64,000 nt of DNA from Candidatus Dormiibacterota bacterium (lineage in GTDB: Bacteria > Patescibacteriota > Saccharimonadia > UBA4664 > DATLOE01). Below, piece by piece: positions 48,740 to 58,318 of this stretch. Location: contig DATLOE010000003.1 of NCBI GenBank assembly GCA_035536395.1, positions 35,713 to 99,712 on the forward strand, read 5' to 3'. Under the pieces are notes generated by a model that was not told the DNA's origin, made no database searches, and worked only from the letters and a program-made list of their open reading frames with translations. A program made the translations under genes and the position numbers. Numbering within the stretch: position 1 is the stretch's first letter; each line of letters starts with the position of its first letter.

Positions 48740-49357
48740 TTACTGTTTGTTGGGCTCAGCTTCGCTGACGCCTTCTGCGGTTTCTTCGTCGCTCAGTGTC
48801 TCTTCGTCGGGGTTAGCGGGATCAGCTTTTGGCTCCTCAGCAGCAGCCTCCTTGCCTTCGTCCTTGGCTACTTCTTCGGTTGATTCCTCGGGCTTTATGT
48901 CCTCAGCCGCGCCGGTATCAAGCTCGGTAACTTCGGCATCTTTACTCTCAGCTAGCGGATCTTCTTTAACATCCTTAACTACCGGCGATTGGTTAACGGC
49001 CGCTTTATCAAACGCCACCTCTTGCAAACGGGCCGACTTACCGCGGCGCTCGCGCAGGTAGCTCAGGAAATTACGGCGCACCTTGGCCCGGCGCACGATC
49101 TCAATTTTCGTAACATTAGGAGAGTGCAGCAAGAACGTCTTTTCTACCCCTATGCCGCTGGCTATCCGGCGCACGGTAACGCAGGCCGAAAGTTCGCCCA
49201 GGCGGTGGGTGCGTATTACAACGCCTTCGAATATCTGCACACGCTGCTTGGCGCCCTCACGAATCATCTGGTGTACGCGCACGGTATCGCCCGACCTTAC
49301 GGGAGAGATGGCCGGTTTGCGCTGAGCGGTTTCTAATTCTTTAATTAAGGGATGCAT
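48740..49357 (-). CDS. rplS: 50S ribosomal protein L19 with an about 90 aa acidic C-terminal extension
   Basis: An L19 core of about 115 aa, followed by a tail rich in E, A, K, D, T. Confidence 0.9.
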   Translation of the reverse strand: MHPLIKELETAQRKPAISPVRSGDTVRVHQMIREGAKQRVQIFEGVVIRTHRLGELSACVTVRRIASGIGVEKTFLLHSPNVTKIEIVRRAKVRRNFLSYLRERRGKSARLQEVAFDKAAVNQSPVVKDVKEDPLAESKDAEVTELDTGAAEDIKPEESTEEVAKDEGKEAAAEEPKADPANPDEETLSDEETAEGVSEAEPNKQ

Positions 49358-49391
49358 AACTTGGGTACTTTAGCATAGCTCTATCTGTTAA

Positions 49392-52300
49392 TCAAGCCTG
49401 GAAGCGAGCAATCTCACCATCAGCAATTGCCTCTTTCAGCTCCTGAACCAGATTGCTATCGAACGTGACTTTAAAAGGTAGTATCAGCTTTTTGGGCGGA
49501 TCACCCGGCAGTACCAGACAGGTGGGGTTGGCACCCGGATATTTCATTAGAATATCTTTAATTGTGGTCAGAATGCCGGTATCGGTCATTTTGGCTAGAC
49601 GAATTACCAACACCTCAGGCTTTGCCTTTACTTCCGCTTCGGGCGGCTTGGCTTCGGCCTTGGGCTTAGCAGAAGGTTTATGACTTTTAGCCGCGTCGTA
49701 ATCTATCAGTTCGGCCCGATCTACCATTACCTTTATCTCTGTACCCACTCGCCCGTCGCGGTCTTTGGTGCTGATCTTACCGGCTACCTTAATAACCTTA
49801 TCTGCCTCCCACAAATCCGGTTGGGCCTCGTATGCACGGGGGAACACAATCAGTTCCAGGCTCTCCCCGCTCTTATCCTCTAGACCCACAAAGGCCATCA
49901 TGGCATTATTTTTTGTCGTAATCTTACGCACCGTCGTAATAATACCGCCGATGGTCACAGCCTTACCCTCCATTTCTACCGTCAGGACTTTGATTGGCAC
50001 AGTGTGGTCTGTAAGGTAGGCCTCGTAATCATCCAGGGGGTGGTGCGAAAGGTAGAGTCCTAATAGCTCCTTCTCCCAGCTCAGCTGCTCACGGGGTGAA
50101 AGGGTCTCGGGCGGCAGATCCATACGCAGAGCAGGAGCGGCGTCCTCGATACCCAGCGAACCGAAAATGTCGATCTGCCCAGAGAGCGCGTTCTTCTGCG
50201 CTTTGGAGGCATACGACATAATGGAATCCAGGTTGTGCAGTAGCTGGCCGCGCTCACCGAAATCGTCCATGGCGCCGGATTTTATCAAACTCTCCCAAAC
50301 CTTACGGTTTGTTTCTGTAACCGGCACCCTTTTGGCAAAATCTTCGATCGATTTAAAACGCTCAGCCTCGCGTACCGCTAGAATCGCCTCGATTGCACCT
50401 GTACCGACATTCTTAATAGCACTCAGGCCAAAGCGAATATCGCCTGTTTCTGGGATAACGCCGAATTCCAGGAAACTCTCATTAACACTTGGCGGCAGGA
50501 TCTTAATGCCCATCCGCTGGCACTCGGCCACTTCTATTGCAATGCGGTCTATATCGCCATGGTCACTCGTCATAAGGGCTGCCATAAAAGCGGCCGGGTA
50601 GTGGGCTTTTAGGTAGGCTGTTTGGTAGGCGATCATAGCGTAGCAGGCGGCATGCGATTTATTAAAGCAGTAGGCGGCAAAGTCTTCGAGATTGAGCCAA
50701 AAATCCTCCACTACCTGGCGATCGACTTGAGAGACCTTAATAGCCCCCTCTATGAACTCGGTTTTCATCTTGGCCATGACAGAAGGAATCTTTTTACCAA
50801 TGGCTTTGCGCAGAGTGTCGGCCTGGCCGCCAGTAAAACCACTCATTTCCTTAGCAATCTGCATTACCTGCTCTTGGTAGACCACCACACCGTATGTACT
50901 CTTCAGGGCCGATTCCATAGTAGGATGCAAGTACTCAATTTGGCGCCGGCCATGCTTACGGGCAATAAAATCATCGATCCACTGCATAGGGCCGGGGCGG
51001 TAAAGTGCCACCATGGCCACAATGTCATCGAAGCGGTTTGGCTTAAGTTCGCGAATATAGCGCTTCATGCCGGCTGATTCCAGCTGGAACACACCGGTGG
51101 TATCGCCGCGGGCCAGTAGCTCATAGGTTTTAATATCATCAATCGGTATTTCAGCGATATCTATATTAGTATTATGAACCCTCTTAACTATTCTAAGCGT
51201 ATTCTTAATAATCGTGAGGTTGGAGAGGCCCAAGAAATCCATCTTTAAGAGGCCAAGGTCTTCTATTGGCCACATATCATACTGGGTGGAAGTGCCGCCC
51301 TTTTGCGCCCTTTGCAATGGTGTGTATTTGGTGATTTCATCCGGCGCTATTACCACACCGGCTGCATGCACGCCGTTAGAGCGAATAGTGCCCTCCAGTC
51401 GGCTGGCTAGATCGATCAAGCGTTTGGCCCGAGGGTTAGATTCGTACTCGGCCCTAAACTCCGGATTATCCTTGGCCGATTTCAAAAGCGGCACGTGCCG
51501 GCCCTGTACCGGCTGGGGTACTAGTTTAGCAATTGCATCGACCTCAGCGTAAGCCATGCCCAGTGCACGGCCGGTATCGCGCACGGCGGCGCGGGCGGCC
51601 ATGGTGCCGAAGGTAATAATCTGCGCCACCCTATCCTGGCCGTACTTTTCTGTCACATAGGCAATCACCTCACCGCGCCGGGTATCCTGCATATCAATAT
51701 CTATATCAGGCATGCTGATACGATCGGGGTTCAAAAACCGCTCAAACAGCAAATTGAACTTGAGCGGATCGAGGTCTGTGATATTTAGGCCATATGCGAT
51801 TATAGAACCGGCTGCCGAACCGCGCCCTGGGCCGAAGATGATTCCCCTGTTTTTCCCCCAGTTAATAAAATCGGCTACGATCAAAAAGTAGCTTTCAAAA
51901 CCCATCTTACTAATAACACCCAGCTCATAATCGGCCCGCTCCACTACCTCTTTGGGCAGAGCCTTGCGGGCTTTGGCCTCTGTTACCAAACCTGTATCTT
52001 CTTTGGCTATGCCGCCATAGCGCCACATAAGCCCCTGCCAGCACAGTTCGCTTAAGTACTCGCCTTCGGTCTGCTTGGTAGGCACTTCAAAGTGCGGCAG
52101 TAAGATCTTGCCCAGTTCTAGTTCGACATTGCATTTTTCTGCAATAACCGCGGTATTGGCTATGGCCTCAGAGAGGTGTTGCCAGCGCTCTGCGATCTCC
52201 TCGGGCGAGGAAACGAACAGGGCCATTTCCATCTCCATTCGGTCGGTATCGCCAATGGTGCGGCCGGTCTGCACGCACAGCAGTATCTCGTGCGCCTCGC

Positions 52301-52982
52301 GATCAAGTTCATTGGTATAGTGGCTGTCGGCCGTAACCACCAGCGGCACGTTGGTCTTTTTGCTAAGTTCGATCAGCCCTTTATTAATCTGCTTCTGCGG
52401 CTCCCACTCCTCATGGTCTTGCAGCTCCAAGTAGTAATCTTCGCCAAAGGTCTCCTTGTACCAATTAATAGTATCTTCGGCCTCCTTCATAGAGCCATTC
52501 AGGATATGTCGGGCAACCTCACCCGAAGCACAGCCAGAGAGTGCTATGAGACCCTCTTTGTATTTAGCCAGCAGCGGGCGATCGATGCGAGGGCGGTAAT
52601 AAAAACCCTCCAGGTGGGCCATGGTGGAAAGACGCATTAAATTCAAATAGCCCTGGTAGTTCTTGGCTAGTAGAATTAAGTGGTAGGGGTTGGAATCGAG
52701 CCGGCTCTGCTTATCGCCCATACCGCGCACGGCTACATAGGCCTCCATGCCAATGATGGGTTTAATGTCCCGGGCCTTGGCCTCCTTGTAGAATTCCACA
52801 GTACCGCTCATATTTCCATGATCGGTCAGAGCCACAGCGCTCATCCCCTGCTCTTTTACCCTATCAAGCATTTGCGGAACCTTCTGCAGCCCATCCAGAA
52901 GGCTGTAGTGACTATGGTTATGAAGATGAACAAACCCTACTGGCGCCTTAGTTTTAGGCGCCGCTGCTGTGGCTTTAGTCAC
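49392..52982 (-). CDS. dnaE: DNA polymerase III alpha subunit
   Basis: 1196 aa beginning with the PHP domain FVHLHNHSHYSLLDG. Confidence 0.95.
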   Translation of the reverse strand: MTKATAAAPKTKAPVGFVHLHNHSHYSLLDGLQKVPQMLDRVKEQGMSAVALTDHGNMSGTVEFYKEAKARDIKPIIGMEAYVAVRGMGDKQSRLDSNPYHLILLAKNYQGYLNLMRLSTMAHLEGFYYRPRIDRPLLAKYKEGLIALSGCASGEVARHILNGSMKEAEDTINWYKETFGEDYYLELQDHEEWEPQKQINKGLIELSKKTNVPLVVTADSHYTNELDREAHEILLCVQTGRTIGDTDRMEMEMALFVSSPEEIAERWQHLSEAIANTAVIAEKCNVELELGKILLPHFEVPTKQTEGEYLSELCWQGLMWRYGGIAKEDTGLVTEAKARKALPKEVVERADYELGVISKMGFESYFLIVADFINWGKNRGIIFGPGRGSAAGSIIAYGLNITDLDPLKFNLLFERFLNPDRISMPDIDIDMQDTRRGEVIAYVTEKYGQDRVAQIITFGTMAARAAVRDTGRALGMAYAEVDAIAKLVPQPVQGRHVPLLKSAKDNPEFRAEYESNPRAKRLIDLASRLEGTIRSNGVHAAGVVIAPDEITKYTPLQRAQKGGTSTQYDMWPIEDLGLLKMDFLGLSNLTIIKNTLRIVKRVHNTNIDIAEIPIDDIKTYELLARGDTTGVFQLESAGMKRYIRELKPNRFDDIVAMVALYRPGPMQWIDDFIARKHGRRQIEYLHPTMESALKSTYGVVVYQEQVMQIAKEMSGFTGGQADTLRKAIGKKIPSVMAKMKTEFIEGAIKVSQVDRQVVEDFWLNLEDFAAYCFNKSHAACYAMIAYQTAYLKAHYPAAFMAALMTSDHGDIDRIAIEVAECQRMGIKILPPSVNESFLEFGVIPETGDIRFGLSAIKNVGTGAIEAILAVREAERFKSIEDFAKRVPVTETNRKVWESLIKSGAMDDFGERGQLLHNLDSIMSYASKAQKNALSGQIDIFGSLGIEDAAPALRMDLPPETLSPREQLSWEKELLGLYLSHHPLDDYEAYLTDHTVPIKVLTVEMEGKAVTIGGIITTVRKITTKNNAMMAFVGLEDKSGESLELIVFPRAYEAQPDLWEADKVIKVAGKISTKDRDGRVGTEIKVMVDRAELIDYDAAKSHKPSAKPKAEAKPPEAEVKAKPEVLVIRLAKMTDTGILTTIKDILMKYPGANPTCLVLPGDPPKKLILPFKVTFDSNLVQELKEAIADGEIARFQA

Positions 52983-53038
52983 TTTGGTCCCCTTTCGTTA
53001 CGCTAATTTTAGCATAACCATAATGAGTACAAAAGACG

Positions 53039-53344
53039 CTAACGCTGAATTGTTTGGACTAGGTCTTTAAAGAACTGGCCGATTACTGGCAGGGCGCCGG
53101 CCAGATCAAGTACATATAAAAGCAGAGCTATCATTACCGTAGCGCCTATAACACCGCCGAAGCCGGTAAGCAGGCCTCGTACAAAGGCACCCCAAATCTG
53201 CCGGCGCGTGTTGCCCAAGAGATTGATGTAATCGTTCACCAAGGTCGATTCTATTGCCCGACCCAGCTTCTCGTAATCCTCGGCCGAAGGCCTACTTTTT
53301 CTTGTCAGATCGCTTTTCATCAATCGCCTTATCGCGGGCTGCAC
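53039..53344 (-). CDS. Small membrane protein, hypothetical (overlaps the upstream gene end; start uncertain)
   Basis: One or two TM segments. Confidence 0.35.
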   Translation of the reverse strand: MQPAIRRLMKSDLTRKSRPSAEDYEKLGRAIESTLVNDYINLLGNTRRQIWGAFVRGLLTGFGGVIGATVMIALLLYVLDLAGALPVIGQFFKDLVQTIQR

Positions 53345-53771
53345 GGATAATCTGCCGGGTTGTCTTTTCTAACTCATTCATAATAGCCGTTCCTTCATTT
53401 ACCAGCCTTTTTACATCTGTCATGGTTTCGTCTTTGGCTTGGTTACTGATTTTGCCCAGGCGTCCGGCTGAATCCTTAAGATCCTGCTTTAAGATTTCGG
53501 CTTTAGTGATTAAACGCTGACTTTCCTCATAAGCCTCGCCCTTCAGGTCTTTAGCGGCACTTTTAAGGCTGTCTATCCGCCCGTTTAAATCTCCCTCCAG
53601 CTCAAGTAGCTTTTGATCCATGTCCTTTTTTATCTTTTTTGCTTGGTCTTTAAGATCGGCCTGAGTCTCCTTGCCGCTTTTCGGTGCTAGCAGTAAAGCC
53701 GCTACCGAACCGACTATAGCACCAAACAATGTGCCCTTAATTAATCCTCTGCCATGTCCCTTTTTCCCCAT
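53292..53771 (-). CDS. YtxH-like stress protein
   Basis: N-terminal GAIVGSVAALLLAPKSGKETQ followed by a long charged helical region. Confidence 0.55.
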   Translation of the reverse strand: MGKKGHGRGLIKGTLFGAIVGSVAALLLAPKSGKETQADLKDQAKKIKKDMDQKLLELEGDLNGRIDSLKSAAKDLKGEAYEESQRLITKAEILKQDLKDSAGRLGKISNQAKDETMTDVKRLVNEGTAIMNELEKTTRQIIRAARDKAIDEKRSDKKK

Positions 53772-54031
53772 TATTTCCTCCCTTTCATTTTTGATTTAAC
53801 TTTATTAAGCATCACGCCGCTAAGAGCCGAAAGTGCCGCCGGTACCAGCTTACGCCCGGCATATTTAAGAGCCTCACCCATATTCTCGGTGGTCTCATCT
53901 AGCCGTTGGGTTACCCTCCGGATGTTGAGTAGTATCTTTACCAGTACGAACGAAACTATAATGCCCATTATAACCAGAATTAAAAATCCGATACTTAGTA
54001 AAATTACCAAAACTGTTTGTGTATCTTGCAT
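53771..54031 (-). CDS. DUF948-like small membrane protein (tentative)
   Basis: 86 aa with an N-terminal TM segment and a helical tail. Sits next to the YtxH-like gene, as in the Bacillus ytxG-ytxH arrangement. Confidence 0.4.
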   Translation of the reverse strand: MQDTQTVLVILLSIGFLILVIMGIIVSFVLVKILLNIRRVTQRLDETTENMGEALKYAGRKLVPAALSALSGVMLNKVKSKMKGRK

Positions 54032-54112
54032 AGGGGTCTCTTATTATGGCTTTATTATCGGATTTATTGGAGCCGGTTGCAAGCTTTAACGGTTATAAAA
54101 TCAATAAACCGT

Positions 54113-54673
54113 TTATTCTAGATCTTTTTTCTTGGCGACCAACACCCACTGCTGCCGTTCAATTACAGCATTCGGAAATATGTGCAGGCGGCCATCTTTA
54201 GTGCGCAGCCTGGTGCGGCGCATATCCATGCTCTCAACTATCCCCTCTACTTGCTCTTCTGGCTTAGAGGCACCCACAATCACTTGGTCTCCGACGTTAA
54301 AATCGCGATCGCGGGCCAGATCGATTCCGCCCAGCACGTCTGACACCAAGTTAGAAGAGCCTGTACCCAGCGCCAGGCCAATGGCACCGATTGCGAGCGA
54401 GAAGATCAAAGCCAGATTGTTTAAGTTTAGAGACTGGAGAACGATAATCACCAGACCCACCATTAGTAGCGCGTTTATCAGCGAGCCTAGGATTCCCTTG
54501 AGGCCGCGCGGCATTCTTACAAACCCCATCAGCCAAGAGGCTATCCACGAAAGCAGCCTTATTACCAGCAGACCTATTAGCAGGGTAGCCAAGGCGCTGG
54601 GCAGCTTGGGTATAATGTCGTTTAAATTGTTAGTCAGCGGTCCAAACAGATTTACGAGCGACAAATCAAACAC
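54113..54673 (-). CDS. Short MscS-family mechanosensitive channel homolog
   Basis: Contains SN.VSDVLGGIDLARDRDFNVGDQVIV...EGIVESMDMRRTRLRTKDGRLHIFPN. Confidence 0.6.
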   Translation of the reverse strand: MFDLSLVNLFGPLTNNLNDIIPKLPSALATLLIGLLVIRLLSWIASWLMGFVRMPRGLKGILGSLINALLMVGLVIIVLQSLNLNNLALIFSLAIGAIGLALGTGSSNLVSDVLGGIDLARDRDFNVGDQVIVGASKPEEQVEGIVESMDMRRTRLRTKDGRLHIFPNAVIERQQWVLVAKKKDLE

Positions 54674-56091
54674 TACTTATCTCCTAACTTTTTCTTGATT
54701 ATATCATTAACCATTGGCGGATTGGCCTGCCCCTTCGATTCTTTCATAACTTGGCCGACTAAAAATCCAAGCACCTTCTCATCTCCAGATTTATATTGCT
54801 GCACCGGCTTAGGATTGTTTTTTATGACTTGTTCGACAATCGTCTGTAACTCCCCTTCATCCGATACCTGCAGGTAGCCATGCTTCTCAGCTAGCTCTTC
54901 GGGGTCAGCGGAATCCTCGTGCATGAGAATAAAAATGTTTTTTGCATTAGTACTGCTCACTATCCCATCTTCGAACATATCGGCCAGTTGGGCTAGGCGC
55001 TTAGCATCCGGGGTCTTGCCTCTGAATTCGTCATTAAACTGATTGGCCACCCAGTTGATGATGTGAATTATCCGCTTCGGGTCCTGAGTATGCTGGCGGC
55101 TTTCAAAGACTTTTTCGGCCAGCAGTGCCTCTTCCACCAAGAACTCCACATCCTGCTTCTTAACCTCAAGCTCTGCCAGTGTACTGCGCACATCATTCGG
55201 CATTATATCCGGCAAACCAGCCTTGGCTTTAGCCAGCATTGCATCAGTCACCACAATCGGTGGCAGGTCGGGTTCTGGGAAGTAGCGGTAATCGTGGGCT
55301 TCCTCCTTACTGCGCTGGCTAAACGTAATCTGTTTATCCTCATTCCAACCGCGTGTCTCCTGCTCGACTTTGCCACCTGAATCCAGCACCTCGGCTTGGC
55401 GCCCCGCTTCATACTCCACCACGCCATACACCGCGCGGAAGGAGTTGAGATTTTTAATTTCAGCGCGAGTGCCCAGCTCTTTACTGCCGGCCAGCCTTAG
55501 GCTGATGTTTACATCAAATCTCATGTTGCCGTAGTAGAGATCACAATCGCTCACCCCAGCGTAACGCATTAGATGGTAGAGCTCCTGGGCGTAGGCCTTG
55601 GCCTCACCAGCCGTGCGCATATCGGGCTCAGAGACGATTTCCATCAGCGGGGTGCCGGCGCGGTTCAGATCTACCAGCGAATAATCTTTGCCCGGCGGAT
55701 GAACCAGCTTACCGGCATCGGCCTCCAAATGGGCGCGGGTAACACCGACTGTTTTGCCTCCGGGCAGTTCCACCTTGCCCTTCCCCACAATTGGCTCGTC
55801 GTATTGTGTGATCTGGTAATTACTCGGGTTGTCGGGATAAAAGTAATTTTTACGATCGAACTTGGTCTGCTTGGGAATCTCACCATTCAAAGCCAGGCCG
55901 GCCCGAATAGCCAACTCCACCGCTTTTCCGTTTAGCACCGGTAGCGAACCGGGTAGGGCGGCACAGACCGGGCAGATGTTTACATTCGGCTCAGCTTCGC
56001 GCGAATCATTATCGCACCCGCAGAACAGCTTGCTTTTAGTGGCTAACTGCACGTGCGTTTCTATGCCGATTACTGCCTCATACTTACTCAT
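54673..56091 (-). CDS. gatB: Asp/Glu-tRNA amidotransferase subunit B
   Basis: Begins YEAVIGIETHVQL. Confidence 0.95.
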   Translation of the reverse strand: MSKYEAVIGIETHVQLATKSKLFCGCDNDSREAEPNVNICPVCAALPGSLPVLNGKAVELAIRAGLALNGEIPKQTKFDRKNYFYPDNPSNYQITQYDEPIVGKGKVELPGGKTVGVTRAHLEADAGKLVHPPGKDYSLVDLNRAGTPLMEIVSEPDMRTAGEAKAYAQELYHLMRYAGVSDCDLYYGNMRFDVNISLRLAGSKELGTRAEIKNLNSFRAVYGVVEYEAGRQAEVLDSGGKVEQETRGWNEDKQITFSQRSKEEAHDYRYFPEPDLPPIVVTDAMLAKAKAGLPDIMPNDVRSTLAELEVKKQDVEFLVEEALLAEKVFESRQHTQDPKRIIHIINWVANQFNDEFRGKTPDAKRLAQLADMFEDGIVSSTNAKNIFILMHEDSADPEELAEKHGYLQVSDEGELQTIVEQVIKNNPKPVQQYKSGDEKVLGFLVGQVMKESKGQANPPMVNDIIKKKLGDK

Positions 56092-56531
56092 TACAGCGCC
56101 TCCAAATCTTTCAGGCCGCCCTCAAAACCCTGCAGAGCTTCCCGGGCTTGAGTCGGCACCAGGTCAAACCCGACTTCGTGCACCAAGACGTTGCGCAGTT
56201 TATGAGCCTCCCACACCGCATTGCGGTTCTTCAAATTCTTCTGGGCAATTTTGAGGCGGTCGGCCATTGTCTGACCCGCGTAGCCCTGCTGCTTCATCAC
56301 GTAATCCAGAAGCTTATCGGCTTCCATCACCGCATGGCGGATGTCATTACCATTGCCTTTTGCAAGCTCTGTAATCGTCTGCCAGCGGCTAGCCACTAGC
56401 GCACGATCAACATGTCCAACCTGCCCGGCCCGGCCGCGCTTTTTTACAGATTTGGCCGGAGTGCGCACGGTAATAACGGCAAAGAGCAGTATAGCCACTG
56501 CCAGCACGATAATCAGAAAAGTCAGTGTCAT
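56091..56531 (-). CDS. Membrane-anchored helical protein of unknown function, embedded in gatCAB
   Basis: 146 aa with an N-terminal TM segment. Its start overlaps the gatA stop as ATGA, and its stop overlaps the gatB start as TAATG. Confidence 0.55.
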   Translation of the reverse strand: MTLTFLIIVLAVAILLFAVITVRTPAKSVKKRGRAGQVGHVDRALVASRWQTITELAKGNGNDIRHAVMEADKLLDYVMKQQGYAGQTMADRLKIAQKNLKNRNAVWEAHKLRNVLVHEVGFDLVPTQAREALQGFEGGLKDLEAL

Positions 56532-57952
56532 TTCTCCCCCTGTAGCAGCTTCTCTATAGACGAGGCGGCCGAGAGCAGAGTCGCGTCTTTTTTCTGCGAT
56601 GCCACAATCTGCAAGCCAATCGGTAGTTCATTTGACGGCAAAGGAATGCTAATGGCCGGCACCCCCACCAAATTAACCGCCACGGTATTCACGTCTGATT
56701 GGTACATTGAAAGCGGATCGGCTTTTTCGCCCAGACCAAAAGCGGTGGTAGGCGCGGTAGGGCTTATTAAAACATCAAACTTTTTAAACGCCTCTTCGAA
56801 CTCACGAATAACGACCGTGCGGACTTTCTGCGCCTGCTTGTAGTAGGCCTCATAGTAGCCGCTAGAGAGCACATAAGTACCTATTAATATCCTCCGCTTG
56901 GCTTCGGTGCCAAAGCCCTCATCGCGGCTCAGCTGATAGGTTTCGGCCAAGGTATTGGCATTAGGTGAACTGTGGCCATAGCGAATGCCATCGTAGCGCG
57001 CCAAATTAGAACTGACCTCGGCCGGTACTAGAATGTAGTAACAAGCCAGCGCCAGCTCAACCGAGGGCAGGCTGATCTCGCTAACCTCGGCACCAGTTGC
57101 TTTAAGTGCATCGATTGCCTTAAGTGTCTGCTTTTTAACATCTGGGTCTGTACCTTTGGCGATGTATTCTTTGATCAGACCGATTTTAAGGCCTTTCACG
57201 CCCGAAGGTTTGCCGGTATAAGTTTCTTCTCTTTCAATCGTAGTGGCATCCAGCGCGTCTCGGCCGGCTATTACATCCAGCACCAGTGCCGCATCTTCCG
57301 TAGTGCGAGCCAGCGGGCCGATGACGTCTACCGAGCTGCCCATGGCCACCACACCGTAACGCGACACCAAGCCGTAAGTCGGCTTCAGCCCCACCACTCC
57401 ACAGAAAGCTGCCGGCTGGCGGATTGAGCCGCCGGTATCCGTGCCAAGCGCAAAGCTGCACAGGCCCAGTGCCACGGCCGAGGCTGAGCCGCCCGAAGAA
57501 CCGCCGGGTACTTTTTGTTGGTTAACGGGATTTTTGGTGGGGCCAAAATCACTATTCTCGGTACTGGAGCCGTGGGCAAAGGCATCCAGGTTGGCTTTGG
57601 CTACCATAATCGCCCCTTCGGCGCTGAGTTTCTTAACGGCGGTTGCCTGATAGGGTGCCTTGAATGGTTTAAGGATATTACTGCCGGCCGTAGTGTGGGT
57701 ATGGAAGGTAAGAAAATTATCTTTAGCTATAAATGGCACACCGGCTAGTAGACCCACCTGCTTGCCGCTTGCAACTTGACCGTCAACCCACTTGGCCCAC
57801 TCCAGAGCCGTCGGGTTTATTTCTAAAACAGCATGAAAATTCTCGTTGGCCTTAATAGCTTCCAGGCAGTGCTGCACCAAATCGACGGCTTTAATTTTGC
57901 CCGCCTGCACGTCGGCCGCAATATCCGCAATCGGGCGTTTGATATCTATCAC
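56528..57952 (-). CDS. gatA: Glutamyl-tRNA(Gln) amidotransferase subunit A
   Basis: Amidase signature GGSSGGSA. Confidence 0.95.
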   Translation of the reverse strand: MIDIKRPIADIAADVQAGKIKAVDLVQHCLEAIKANENFHAVLEINPTALEWAKWVDGQVASGKQVGLLAGVPFIAKDNFLTFHTHTTAGSNILKPFKAPYQATAVKKLSAEGAIMVAKANLDAFAHGSSTENSDFGPTKNPVNQQKVPGGSSGGSASAVALGLCSFALGTDTGGSIRQPAAFCGVVGLKPTYGLVSRYGVVAMGSSVDVIGPLARTTEDAALVLDVIAGRDALDATTIEREETYTGKPSGVKGLKIGLIKEYIAKGTDPDVKKQTLKAIDALKATGAEVSEISLPSVELALACYYILVPAEVSSNLARYDGIRYGHSSPNANTLAETYQLSRDEGFGTEAKRRILIGTYVLSSGYYEAYYKQAQKVRTVVIREFEEAFKKFDVLISPTAPTTAFGLGEKADPLSMYQSDVNTVAVNLVGVPAISIPLPSNELPIGLQIVASQKKDATLLSAASSIEKLLQGEK

Positions 57953-58245
57953 TCCAGCACCCGTTTGACTTTAAAGTAGCCCTTTTCTTGTTGTGGCGCA
58001 TTGGCCAGCATGTCTTCACGCTTCGGACTCTGCTTTACCACATCTTCCCGCCAGACATCGGTGAGGCCGGTTACTTGGTTGGTCGGCGGAACGCCCTTAG
58101 TATCTGCCTTTTGCAGCTGCTCCACAAAGCCCACGATTTTACCTAGCTCGCGGCTGAGCGGCTCTATCTCCTCATCTTTTAAACCTATTTGAGCCAGAGC
58201 GGCGACTCGCTGGACTTCTTCGGGTGTAATTTTTGACATATGCAT
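57949..58245 (-). CDS. gatC: Amidotransferase subunit C
   Basis: 98 aa. Overlaps gatA as ATGA. Confidence 0.85.
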   Translation of the reverse strand: MHMSKITPEEVQRVAALAQIGLKDEEIEPLSRELGKIVGFVEQLQKADTKGVPPTNQVTGLTDVWREDVVKQSPKREDMLANAPQQEKGYFKVKRVLE

Positions 58246-58318
58246 ATTGTAACCACTTTAACTGGTAGGGGCAAAAGCCTTACCGTCGGGCGATCAGCCG
58301 GGTACGATAATCCGGTTT

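Noticed and set aside
54088-54113. Hairpin after the MscS stop read as a terminator
   Set aside because: There is no U-tract on the transcribed (minus) strand, so it is retained only as a possible structured element.
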